From Litoribacter populi (lineage in GTDB: Bacteria; Bacteroidota; Bacteroidia; Cytophagales; Cyclobacteriaceae), in the NCBI RefSeq assembly GCF_007483685.1, contig NZ_VMKN01000003.1, forward strand, positions 52,639 through 84,638: a stretch of DNA of 32,000 nucleotides, written 5' to 3'. The notes under the pieces were generated by a model, which was not told where the DNA came from, did no database searches, and was given only the letters and a program-made list of their open reading frames with translations. Below, in pieces: positions 22,701-31,797 of this stretch (position 1 is the stretch's first letter; the number at the start of each line of letters is the position of its first letter). A program made the position numbers and the translations under genes.

Positions 22701-25547
22701 ATGATAGAAGACAAAACCACTCCTGAAGAACTAATCGAGATATACGGTGCCAGAGAGCACAATCTCAAGAATATAGACCTGACCATTCCACGAAACAAGT
22801 TGGTGGTGATCACCGGACTGAGTGGCAGTGGGAAAAGCTCATTGGCTTTTGACACCATTTATGCCGAGGGTCAACGACGCTATATGGAAAGCTTTTCCGC
22901 ATACGCCCGTTCCTTTTTGGGTGGCATGGAACGTCCAGACGTTGACAAGATCAACGGACTTTCCCCAGTAATTTCCATTGAACAAAAAACAACCTCCAAA
23001 AACCCCCGCTCCACTGTGGGTACGGTAACTGAAATCTATGATTTCATGAGGTTACTTTACGCCAGATCTGGGGAAGCTTTTTCTTACCTCAGCGGTCACA
23101 GAATGGTAAGGCAGACAGAAGATCAGATTTTAGAACAGCTGTTTCAGAACTTTGGAGGAAAAAAGTTATATATCTTAGCACCAGTTGTCAAAGGGCGTAA
23201 AGGTCACTACCGGGAGCTTTTTGAGCAAATCCGAAAAATGGGCTTTTCAAAAGTCCGAATTGACGGGGTGGTGATGGAAATTGTCCCTAAAATGCAGGTG
23301 GACAGGTACAAGATTCACGATATTGAAATAGTAGTTGATAGGATTGTAGCTGAAGAAGAAGACCGCTTTAGGATAGCGCAATCCCTGAAAACCGCGCTTC
23401 AACACGGAAAGGGCATCATCATGCTTCGCGATGAAGCTGGAGAGATTCACCATTTCTCCAAACACCTCATGGACCCTACTACTGGATTATCCTACGATGA
23501 GCCAGCTCCAAACACATTTTCTTTCAACAGCCCCTATGGTGCCTGCCCTACATGCAACGGCCTGGGGGTGATAGAGGAAATCACGAAGGAAAGTGTAATT
23601 CCAGATTTAGACCTTAGTATTACTCGTGGAGGGATAGCCCCTTTGGGTGAGTATAGGGATATTTGGATTTTCAAGAAAATTAATGCCATCTTAAAAAGAT
23701 ATAAGGCAAGTATCTCAACCCCATTGAAAAACTTGCCTGAAGAAGTTATTGACATCCTTCTATATGGGGATAAAATGGAGGTTGAAGTAGATTCCGTAAA
23801 GCACCCAGGCACTCAGTGGTCCACCACTTTTGAAGGAATCGTCAAATTCCTTCAAAAACAACAAGAAGAGGGTTCAGACAAAATCCGAAGCTGGATCAGC
23901 GACTACACTACTACTACAATTTGCTCGGAATGTGAAGGTTACCGTTTGAAGAAGGAAGCCTTGCATTTTAAAATTGCGGGTTGCCATATCGGGGAATTGG
24001 CGATGCTTAATATTTCTGAATTGGGTAAGTGGTTTGAGAACATTGAGGAAAGGATGACCGATAAGCAGAAGGTGATTGGCAAAGAGGTTTTGAAGGAAAT
24101 CAGAAAGCGAATAGGGTTTCTGTTAGATATTGGATTGGATTATTTGACACTAAATAGACCTTTAAGGACACTCTCAGGTGGAGAGGCCCAAAGGATAAGA
24201 CTTGCTACCCAGATTGGGACTCAGCTTGTGGGTGTTTTATACATTCTAGATGAGCCAAGCATTGGACTACACCAACGTGATAATGTTAAGCTAATTAAAG
24301 CCCTTCAAGACCTTCGGGATCTGGGCAATACGGTATTGGTGGTGGAACATGACAAGGATATGATGTTGGACTCCGATTATGTTCTGGATATTGGTCCGGG
24401 GGCTGGTCGACATGGAGGGCATATTGTAGCGCAAGGCAAACCTCAGGAATTTCTTGCACAAAACAGTGTTACCGCCCAATACCTGAATGGACAAAGGAAT
24501 ATAGCCATTCCTGAAAAAAGGAGAAAAGGCAGTGGAAAAACGCTCAAACTCACCAATGCCCATGGAAATAATCTCCAGAATGTCACCTTGGAGATTCCCT
24601 TGGCCAGCATGGTCTGTGTGACAGGGGTATCAGGTAGCGGAAAGAGTACCTTGATCCATGAAACCCTTTACCCTATACTCAATCAGCATTTCTACAAAAG
24701 CAAAAAAGAACCGCTTGCCTATGAAAAGGTGGACGGTTTGAAGCATTTGGACAAAGTGATCGAAGTGGACCAGTCTCCCATTGGACGGACGCCAAGATCA
24801 AACCCGGCGACGTATACTGGAGTTTTCACCGATATTAGGGCCTTGTTCACTGATTTGCCGGAAGCAAAAATCAGAGGGTACAAGCCTGGAAGATTTTCCT
24901 TCAACGTGAAGGGTGGCCGCTGTGAAGACTGCGAAGGGGCAGGTATGAAGCTTATCGAAATGGATTTCCTTCCCGATGTTCATATCCCTTGCGAAACCTG
25001 TAAGGGCAAGCGTTATAACAGGGAAACCTTGGAAGTAAGATTTAAAGGCAAGTCTATTTCAGACGTGCTGGATATAACCGTTGAGCAAGCAGTGGAATTT
25101 TTCGAAAACCAACCGAAAATCCTCCGCAAAATCAAAACCCTTCATGACGTCGGTTTGGATTATATTACCCTAGGCCAGCACGCCACCACCCTGTCCGGTG
25201 GAGAGGCCCAACGGGTCAAGTTGGCTACTGAATTGTCGAAAAAAGACACTGGAAAGACTTTCTACATTTTGGATGAACCGACTACCGGGCTTCATTTCCA
25301 GGATATCGAACATCTTTTAGAAGTTTTGAATAGGCTGGTGGAAAAAGGCAATACCGTTTTAATCATCGAACATAATATGGATGTGATCAAGGTAGCAGAC
25401 CACGTGATTGATTTAGGACCCGAAGGTGGTGACAAGGGGGGCTATATCATAGCAAAGGGTACTCCGGAAGTGGTAGCCGAACATTCAGATAGCTATACTG
25501 GCAAGTTTTTGAAAATGGAGTTGCAGCAACCTCAGAAAACTACCTAA
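22701..25547 (+). CDS. uvrA: Excinuclease ABC subunit A (UvrA)
   Basis: 948 aa from the ATG at 22701 (MIEDKTTPEELIEIYGAREHNLKNIDL). Two ABC ATPase modules (GLSGSGKSS, GVSGSGKST, LSGGEAQR twice) and Zn-finger Cys pairs (CPTCNG, CSECEG, CEDCEG, CETCKG). The listed start at 22623 adds 26 non-conserved residues. Confidence 0.97.
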   Translation: MIEDKTTPEELIEIYGAREHNLKNIDLTIPRNKLVVITGLSGSGKSSLAFDTIYAEGQRRYMESFSAYARSFLGGMERPDVDKINGLSPVISIEQKTTSKNPRSTVGTVTEIYDFMRLLYARSGEAFSYLSGHRMVRQTEDQILEQLFQNFGGKKLYILAPVVKGRKGHYRELFEQIRKMGFSKVRIDGVVMEIVPKMQVDRYKIHDIEIVVDRIVAEEEDRFRIAQSLKTALQHGKGIIMLRDEAGEIHHFSKHLMDPTTGLSYDEPAPNTFSFNSPYGACPTCNGLGVIEEITKESVIPDLDLSITRGGIAPLGEYRDIWIFKKINAILKRYKASISTPLKNLPEEVIDILLYGDKMEVEVDSVKHPGTQWSTTFEGIVKFLQKQQEEGSDKIRSWISDYTTTTICSECEGYRLKKEALHFKIAGCHIGELAMLNISELGKWFENIEERMTDKQKVIGKEVLKEIRKRIGFLLDIGLDYLTLNRPLRTLSGGEAQRIRLATQIGTQLVGVLYILDEPSIGLHQRDNVKLIKALQDLRDLGNTVLVVEHDKDMMLDSDYVLDIGPGAGRHGGHIVAQGKPQEFLAQNSVTAQYLNGQRNIAIPEKRRKGSGKTLKLTNAHGNNLQNVTLEIPLASMVCVTGVSGSGKSTLIHETLYPILNQHFYKSKKEPLAYEKVDGLKHLDKVIEVDQSPIGRTPRSNPATYTGVFTDIRALFTDLPEAKIRGYKPGRFSFNVKGGRCEDCEGAGMKLIEMDFLPDVHIPCETCKGKRYNRETLEVRFKGKSISDVLDITVEQAVEFFENQPKILRKIKTLHDVGLDYITLGQHATTLSGGEAQRVKLATELSKKDTGKTFYILDEPTTGLHFQDIEHLLEVLNRLVEKGNTVLIIEHNMDVIKVADHVIDLGPEGGDKGGYIIAKGTPEVVAEHSDSYTGKFLKMELQQPQKTT

Positions 25548-25636
25548 ACAAATATTGACAGCCTTATCAGAACATCTTTCCATTGGAGTAAATATCATTA
25601 GGGGTCTGCAGAACTTATTTATATTTACCTTAGAAT

Positions 25637-26683
25637 ATGAATAAGACCCGCTTATACTGGATATTGCAGATTGTGGGTTGGTCAGGTTTTGCCCTGATCA
25701 ACCTTATGTTTTTATCTCTTGCAAGAGGGGTATCTGGCATTCAGGTCGGAGCATATTTTTCGCTGGCTGCGGTTTATTTTTTAACTACCCATGCATTTAG
25801 ATACATCATTAATACCTATGGCTGGTTCAACCTGCCTATTTCAAAACTGATCATTCATGCACTTTTAGGGTTAGTAGCACTAAGTTTTATAAACACAGGT
25901 GCTCAGGTTCTGATTAACTTGGCCTTTGACACCCTTAATGTCAATGAAGATTTGAGGCCTTTAGTGATTTTGGTAAACTTATTTATAAGCTTCCTGTATT
26001 ATTCGCTATGGTCTATGATGTACTTCTTATTCCACTTTCTGGATAATTACAACACCACACTGAAGTATCAAGCAAAGATAAATGAGATCAAACTGAACCA
26101 TTTAAGGAGCCAGTTGAACCCCCATTTTATCTTTAACGCCCTGAATAGTGTGAGAGCCTTGGTAAATGAAGACCCTGTTAAAGCCAAATCTGCCATCACC
26201 CAGCTTTCTAATATTCTACGGTTTTCTCTCATCATGGACAACAAGAAGGTTATCAGCTTTGCAGATGAATTTAACACAGTGAAGGATTACCTTAATTTAG
26301 AGAAAATCAGATTTGAGGAGAGACTGAATGTGAGTTTTGACGTGGAGCCGGAAGCATTCAAGTACAAGATTCCACCGATGATGCTGCAGACCATCGTAGA
26401 AAATGCCATCAAACATGGCATCAGCAATTTAGTCAAAGGAGGTATCGTTCAGCTCAAATGTTCCGTTGGGTTATCAGGGGACCTTTACATTCAGGTCAAG
26501 AACAGCGGACAGTTGCGCAATCCTCAAAGCAGGCGAAAAGAGGGTGGGCATGGTATCAACAATACGGTACAAAGGTTGAAAATGATCTATGGCAGCAAGG
26601 CCTCTTTTAAAATTTATAATTCAGGAAGTGAATTTGTAATTACTGAAATAAAAATACCAAAACATTCCCTTACATTAGAGTAA
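25637..26683 (+). CDS. Sensor histidine kinase, LytS/YehU type (His_kinase + HATPase_c) with an N-terminal multi-TM sensor
   Basis: 348 aa. Four or more TM helices, then LRSQLNPHFIFNALNSVRAL (His box of the PF06580 type) and an ATPase region (ENAIKHG..., GHGINN). Confidence 0.9.
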   Translation: MNKTRLYWILQIVGWSGFALINLMFLSLARGVSGIQVGAYFSLAAVYFLTTHAFRYIINTYGWFNLPISKLIIHALLGLVALSFINTGAQVLINLAFDTLNVNEDLRPLVILVNLFISFLYYSLWSMMYFLFHFLDNYNTTLKYQAKINEIKLNHLRSQLNPHFIFNALNSVRALVNEDPVKAKSAITQLSNILRFSLIMDNKKVISFADEFNTVKDYLNLEKIRFEERLNVSFDVEPEAFKYKIPPMMLQTIVENAIKHGISNLVKGGIVQLKCSVGLSGDLYIQVKNSGQLRNPQSRRKEGGHGINNTVQRLKMIYGSKASFKIYNSGSEFVITEIKIPKHSLTLE

Positions 26684-26701
26684 CCATTAAATCCAGATAA
26701 A

Positions 26702-27442
26702 ATGCGTGCATTAGTAATAGACGATGAAAGACTAGCCCGAAAAGAACTTACCGGCCTATTGGCTGACAATGAAGATGTGGAAGTGGTGGGCGAGGCCCAA
26801 AATGTGGATGATGCCAAAGAGAAAATCGAAAAGCTCCAGCCAGATGTGATCTTTTTGGATATACAAATGCCTGAAAAAACCGGTTTTGATCTTCTTGAAG
26901 AACTTGACCACGTTCCCCATGTGATTTTCACGACTGCCTATGACGAATATGCTCTTCAAGCATTTCAAGTCAACGCACTGGATTACCTATTGAAGCCCAT
27001 TCAGCCGGAAAGACTGACAGAGGCCATTAAGAAATTAAAATCCAAAATTTCAGAAGCCAGTAAGGAAGAAGCTAGTACATCCGGTGTGCCTCAAAACAAT
27101 AATAAGCTGACCTTGGAAGACCAGGTGTTTGTGAAAGATGGGGACCGTTGCTGGTTTGTCAAACTAGAAAACGTACGCCTATTCGAGTCGGACGGTAATT
27201 ATATCAAGGTATATTTCGACACCAACAAGCCAATGATCCACAAATCGCTGAATGCATTGGATGAAAGGTTAGACGAAAAGTCATTTTTCCGCGCAAGCCG
27301 AAAACACATCATCAACTTGAGCTGGGTGGACAGCATTGAACCTTGGTTTAATGGCGGACTGGTAGTGACTCTCAAGGGAGGTGATAGGATTGAGGTAAGC
27401 CGGAGACAGGCTGCCCGATTTAAGGATATGATGAGTCTTTAA
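26702..27442 (+). CDS. LytTR-family response regulator (receiver + LytTR DNA-binding domain)
   Basis: 246 aa. Receiver residues (VIDDE, FLDIQMP, FTTAY, LLKP). C-terminal LytTR pattern (IKVYFDTNKPMIHKSLNALDERL...FFRASRKHIINL). Confidence 0.92.
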   Translation: MRALVIDDERLARKELTGLLADNEDVEVVGEAQNVDDAKEKIEKLQPDVIFLDIQMPEKTGFDLLEELDHVPHVIFTTAYDEYALQAFQVNALDYLLKPIQPERLTEAIKKLKSKISEASKEEASTSGVPQNNNKLTLEDQVFVKDGDRCWFVKLENVRLFESDGNYIKVYFDTNKPMIHKSLNALDERLDEKSFFRASRKHIINLSWVDSIEPWFNGGLVVTLKGGDRIEVSRRQAARFKDMMSL

Positions 27443-27665
27443 TCCATCATAAAACTTTCACATTCTTTCTATAATTTCAACAATAAGATTTCCTTTTGAA
27501 GGATAAAATTTTAAATTAGTGCCATATTTAATAATTAACTTATTAAATAGAACGCTTTTTGAGAATTAATTTTATAAACATTGGTGATTAAGGTTTGATT
27601 GTTGCAGCAAAAATGCTGATCAAAAACAACAAAAATCTTTACATCCCTGCTAACACAATAAACCT

Positions 27666-28421
27666 ATGAAAGAGGAAAGAATCTTAATAGTTGAAGATGA
27701 TCCAAGCATTGCGGAGAACATCGAGGAGATATTGGAACTTTTAGATTACACCAATATTGACATCGCTAACTCCGCCAATCAGGCCATCAAGGTGATCAAA
27801 AAGTATCGCCCCGACTTGATTTTTATGGATATTAAGCTGAAAGGTGACAAGGACGGGATCGAGCTCGGTGAAATCATCAAGCAGATGATCGACGTGCCAA
27901 TCGTATATGTGACCTCCTATAGCGATCCGACCATCATAGAAAGAGCAAAACGGATTCACCCTGCAGGCTTTATTGTGAAGCCTTTTAATACAAATGATAT
28001 TCACGCCATGGTGGAGATTGTTCTTTATAACAAAAGAACACGTCCCGCAGGCAGCGATGGGGCCCCAGCAAAACCATTTGAAAGTCCTTACTTAGTCAAT
28101 GATGCGGTCTACATTAAAGCTGACAATGCCTTTGAAAGAGTTAATTACGATGACATCTACTATGTAGAGGCAAATGGTAACATGGTGACAATTTTCACCA
28201 AAAACAGAAATTATACTATCAGAAAGTCAATGAAAGATATGGAAGAAAAACTTCCATCCCATTTGTTCCTTAGGGTTCAAAAATCTTTTATCGTCCAACT
28301 CGGCCAGATTGATAATTTCAGTACCAAGGAAATTAATCTCCGAAATGGCGCCACGGTGCAAGTAGGAAGGCAGTATTACAACAGCTTCCTAGCAAAACTG
28401 AACACCATCACAGAAAGTTGA
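27666..28421 (+). CDS. Second LytTR-family response regulator (receiver + LytTR), with its own upstream region
   Basis: 251 aa. Receiver (VEDD, FMDIKL, YVTSY, IVKPF). LytTR (VTIFTKNRNYTIRKSMKDMEEKLP...FLRVQKSFIVQL). Separated from the previous RR by 223 bp of AT-rich DNA. Confidence 0.9.
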   Translation: MKEERILIVEDDPSIAENIEEILELLDYTNIDIANSANQAIKVIKKYRPDLIFMDIKLKGDKDGIELGEIIKQMIDVPIVYVTSYSDPTIIERAKRIHPAGFIVKPFNTNDIHAMVEIVLYNKRTRPAGSDGAPAKPFESPYLVNDAVYIKADNAFERVNYDDIYYVEANGNMVTIFTKNRNYTIRKSMKDMEEKLPSHLFLRVQKSFIVQLGQIDNFSTKEINLRNGATVQVGRQYYNSFLAKLNTITES

Positions 28422-28425
28422 TAAA

Positions 28426-28454
28426 AAAAGGGTAGGCCATCAGCCTACCCTTTT
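28426..28454. terminator. Bidirectional rho-independent terminator between convergent genes.
   Basis: Stem AAAAGGGTAGGC / GCCTACCCTTTT with a 5-nt loop. An A-run lies before it and a T-run after it, so it works on both strands. Confidence 0.85.
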
Positions 28455-28483
28455 CCAATTGTTAACAACTAAACCAAACACCT

Positions 28484-28846
28484 TTATTTTTTTATGAGAT
28501 AGAATTCATGAATTCCGGAAGTGGTCAGGTGATAGCTCTTGGAAAATTTATCCTTGTAGGTTTCTTCCAAGACGGATTTGTTTCCATAAAGCACTGCCAT
28601 GATTTCACCATCCTTATTGATAAAAGTCACACTGGGCATTTCCTCCTCCAACTCAAGCTCTAGATCTTCTACGATCAGCTCATCTCTCAGATCCTTTTTC
28701 AAGTAGCGCGGCCCCTCTTCAGAGACCCCATACTCAGCTACTCTAAGGTCTGCCCCTTGTGCATTAGCACTCCAAACGATCATCAATGCCATTACCACCC
28801 CTAGTAGAGCACAGATATTTTTCTGGTTAAAAATTGACTTTTTCAT
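28484..28846 (-). CDS. Small secreted acidic protein, hypothetical
   Basis: 120 aa. Signal peptide (ICALLGVVMALMIVWSANAQG) and an acidic stretch (LIVEDLELELEEEM). Flanked by terminators on both sides. Confidence 0.6.
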   Translation of the reverse strand: MKKSIFNQKNICALLGVVMALMIVWSANAQGADLRVAEYGVSEEGPRYLKKDLRDELIVEDLELELEEEMPSVTFINKDGEIMAVLYGNKSVLEETYKDKFSKSYHLTTSGIHEFYLIKK

Positions 28847-28912
28847 GGTTATTAGATTTTAAATTTTCAATCAACACACTTACCATAAGCCAATAAACCT
28901 ACCAAAACAAAA

Positions 28913-28932
28913 AAACGGCCCGGAGGCCGTTT
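28913..28932 (-). terminator. Rho-independent terminator of the PhoH2 gene.
   Basis: An 8-bp stem AAACGGCC/GGCCGTTT with loop CGGA. On the minus strand it is followed by TTTTTTTGTTTTGG (complement of 28899-28912). Confidence 0.8.
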
Positions 28933-29006
28933 AAACGATAATTGCCAATATATGCATGTTCAGTAGCGGACACTAAACTGTTTAAAATCAGACAGTTTTA
29001 ATCCCT

Positions 29007-30362
29007 TTACAATAACTCGTTAGCCAAGTTGGCTAATTCTGAACGTTCACCCTTCTCAAGCTTCACGTGTGCGTATAGCGGATGGTCCTTGGCCCGGTCG
29101 ATGAGATAGGACATACCGTTACTCTGACTGTCAAGGTAGGGTGTATCAATCTGATAAACGTCTCCGGTGAAAATAATCTTGGTGTTTTCTCCTGCACGGC
29201 TAATAATGGTTTTGATTTCATGCGGAGTCAAGTTTTGCGCCTCATCCACTATGAAAAAGATATTGGAGATTGACCGACCACGAATGTAAGCCAAGGGCTG
29301 TATGACCAACTTTTCTTGATTGACCAATTCGGTTATTTTCTGAAACTCCTTTTCCGACTCCTTATATTGGTTTTGGATGAACTTCAAATTATCCCAAAGC
29401 GGCTCCATATAGGGATTAAGTTTTGATTTTATATCACCGGGAAGGTAGCCTATATCTTTATTGCTAAGCGGCACTATGGGTCGAGCGATATAGATTTGCT
29501 TATACTCTCTACGCTGCTCTAAAGCCCCAGCAAGAGCGAGTAAGGTCTTGCCGGTTCCAGCCACCCCTTGGATGCTGACAAGCTTCACCTTGGGATTAAG
29601 GATGGCATGTAAGGCAAAGGCCTGTTCAGCATTGCGGGGTTTAATATTGTAGGCGGTTTTCTTATCCACCCTTTCCATTGTACTGTCCTCTCTGTTATAA
29701 TAAGCTAAGACTGAATTTTTATTGCTTTTTAATATGTAATAGGCATTCCCCTTTGCCATATTTTCTCCTAATATTTCATTAGCAGGAACATTATAAGACT
29801 CATACAGGGCATTGATCATTTCAGGATTTACATCCTCAAGCACCACTTTGTTAGTATTTTCTACCTCAGTAATGTTTTTGATTTTACCGGTCTCATAGTC
29901 TTCAGCGTTAATTTCAAGAGATTTGGCCTTAAGCCTCAGGTTGATATCCTTGGTCACCAGGATTACTTTCCTCCCTCTTTCGGACTGCTTCAGGCTCAAT
30001 GCAGCGTTTAGGATTTTATGGTCGTTTTTCTCCTCTCCAAAAATCTCATTCGCATTCAGCTTATTTTGATTATTCATTAAAACCTTGAAATGGCCTTTAT
30101 TTTTCCCATTGAGAGGCGTCCAGTTGTGCAGCATGTGGTCTTGGGAAACGTTATCCAAAAGCCGGATGAATTCCCTTGCTTCAAAGTTTTTACTGTCATT
30201 GCCTTTTTTAAACTGGTCGAGTTCCTCCAACACCGTAATGGGGATCACCACATCATGTTCGGCAAAAGTCATTATGGAATTATGAGCATAGAGGATTACC
30301 GAGGTGTCTAGGACGAAAATCTTTCGGTCTAATTCTGATTTTTTGGCTCTGGGCATATGCAC
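29007..30362 (-). CDS. PhoH2-type protein: N-terminal PIN nuclease domain fused to a PhoH-like ATPase
   Basis: 451 aa. PIN start KIFVLDTSVILY...PITVLEELD, Walker A GVAGTGKTLLAL, Walker B FFIVDEAQNLTP, and the PhoH C-terminal pattern TGDVYQID. Confidence 0.92.
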   Translation of the reverse strand: MHMPRAKKSELDRKIFVLDTSVILYAHNSIMTFAEHDVVIPITVLEELDQFKKGNDSKNFEAREFIRLLDNVSQDHMLHNWTPLNGKNKGHFKVLMNNQNKLNANEIFGEEKNDHKILNAALSLKQSERGRKVILVTKDINLRLKAKSLEINAEDYETGKIKNITEVENTNKVVLEDVNPEMINALYESYNVPANEILGENMAKGNAYYILKSNKNSVLAYYNREDSTMERVDKKTAYNIKPRNAEQAFALHAILNPKVKLVSIQGVAGTGKTLLALAGALEQRREYKQIYIARPIVPLSNKDIGYLPGDIKSKLNPYMEPLWDNLKFIQNQYKESEKEFQKITELVNQEKLVIQPLAYIRGRSISNIFFIVDEAQNLTPHEIKTIISRAGENTKIIFTGDVYQIDTPYLDSQSNGMSYLIDRAKDHPLYAHVKLEKGERSELANLANELL

Positions 30363-30489
30363 GGTTATTAGATGGTTAGTCCTAATAATTTAGAAAATTA
30401 TTAGTCCGAATACCATTTTATAGGATGCATATATAGTTAAATTATGCCTATTCCATCGTAACCTACTGAAGCACAAATGAATAAAAATC

Positions 30490-30520
30490 AAAAGCCTATC
30501 AAGATTCTTGACAGGCTTTT
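30490..30520 (-). terminator. Rho-independent terminator of the decarboxylase gene.
   Basis: A 14-bp stem with one mismatch (AAAAGCCTATCAAG ... CTTGACAGGCTTTT) and a 3-nt loop. The minus strand continues TTTTGATTTTTATT. It starts 9 nt after the stop. Confidence 0.8.
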
Positions 30521-30528
30521 GGAAGGTA

Positions 30529-31779
30529 TTATGCTTTAGCTTTTAATTCAGCATCCAGATCCATGAGGAAGGAGTCCAAAGTTCCTTGCCGTACATGGGG
30601 CATGACCACAATTTTGTACCATTTCGGTTCAAATTCATAGCTGTCAGCCACCAGATGATACTTTTTGGCAATTTTGGGTGAGATGAATTTGGCCTTCATT
30701 GTGATGATGTTCAAATATTGATCTCTGAAATATTCCACCCCCATATATTCCAGTTTCTTGCAAATACGCTCCGTAAGGTCAAGCAGGGAAGCCATTTTAT
30801 ACTTCCAGCCTTCCGAACCATGGATTTTCAGAATCATCCACATGGAAACAGCATTAGCACCAGACCGACTCCCGCTAAGGGTATAATCTTTTCCTGGGAT
30901 GTATTGAGCTTCATTAGTACACACATAATGCATAAAACCTTTCCTTATCAAAAACAGTCCAGTTCCATATGGAGTCTGAAGCATCTTATGCCCATCGGCG
31001 GTGATGGAATTGATGTACGGGTTCTGAAAGGAAAACCTGCTCTGGTCATTGGTGAAAGGATATATAAATCCCCCATAGGCCGCGTCAACGTGGATTTTAA
31101 AGAGTACATTTTCATTGGTGAAAAAGTCCCCCAGCCTATCCACATCATCAACCGATCCAAACATGGTGGTGGAAAGGTTTGCGATCACGATAAAATATTT
31201 AACCCCGTTTTTGCGTGCCTCGGATATCTTGTTGTTTAAAGATTCATCTGTAATCTGTCGGGTATTCTCATCCACCTCAAGTATAATGCTTTGCAAACTC
31301 AAAAGATTGCCTCCTTTTGGCATGCTGTAATGGGAATCTTCTGAATAGACCAGAGCAATTTCGTTAAGTTTTGCCCCATAGGCCTCCTGGAAATAATTCC
31401 TGTAAATCCACATGGCCTCAATGTTGGCTTCAGTTCCACCTGTAGCCACATAGCCATCCTGCTCCCCCGGGTTGCCATTGAAAATCTCCTCAGCTACTAA
31501 TTTGATCAAATCACGCTCTATCTTCTGAGTACCCTGGAATACCTCCAAAACTGATTCCTCAGAAAGAGTATGGCAACCAATGTGGTTAGGGTTTCTGATC
31601 ATGGCCGACATGAAGGGGGCATCTTTTAAGAAAGGTGCATCGGGATAAAATTCCGTGGTATCTAGATAAGTCCCGGGAATTCCCAAAATGGGATGATCAC
31701 CTCGATAATCCAGATTTTCATCTAATGCTTTAAAAATGTGTGATTTTATTTCTTCGTGGGATAATTTTTTCCAAAACAT
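30529..31779 (-). CDS. Group II PLP-dependent decarboxylase (MfnA-like / tyrosine-aspartate-glutamate decarboxylase family)
   Basis: 416 aa. Motifs ATGGTEANIEAMW, HVDAAYGGF, and PLP-lysine context SITADGHKMLQTPYGTGLFL. Confidence 0.85.
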   Translation of the reverse strand: MFWKKLSHEEIKSHIFKALDENLDYRGDHPILGIPGTYLDTTEFYPDAPFLKDAPFMSAMIRNPNHIGCHTLSEESVLEVFQGTQKIERDLIKLVAEEIFNGNPGEQDGYVATGGTEANIEAMWIYRNYFQEAYGAKLNEIALVYSEDSHYSMPKGGNLLSLQSIILEVDENTRQITDESLNNKISEARKNGVKYFIVIANLSTTMFGSVDDVDRLGDFFTNENVLFKIHVDAAYGGFIYPFTNDQSRFSFQNPYINSITADGHKMLQTPYGTGLFLIRKGFMHYVCTNEAQYIPGKDYTLSGSRSGANAVSMWMILKIHGSEGWKYKMASLLDLTERICKKLEYMGVEYFRDQYLNIITMKAKFISPKIAKKYHLVADSYEFEPKWYKIVVMPHVRQGTLDSFLMDLDAELKAKA

Positions 31780-31797
31780 AATAGCAAAATAAAAAGG

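Noticed and set aside
22601-22858. An 85-aa minus-strand ORF overlapping the uvrA start region.
   Set aside because: It is antisense to the strongly conserved Walker A region of uvrA, has no recognisable motif and has low-complexity composition. It is a typical shadow ORF.
30718-31239. A 173-aa plus-strand ORF, the longest unassigned ORF in the window.
   Set aside because: It lies entirely antisense within the PLP decarboxylase gene, whose own frame carries clear family motifs. The translation (HPHIFQFLANTLRKV...) has no domain signature. I treat it as a chance open frame.
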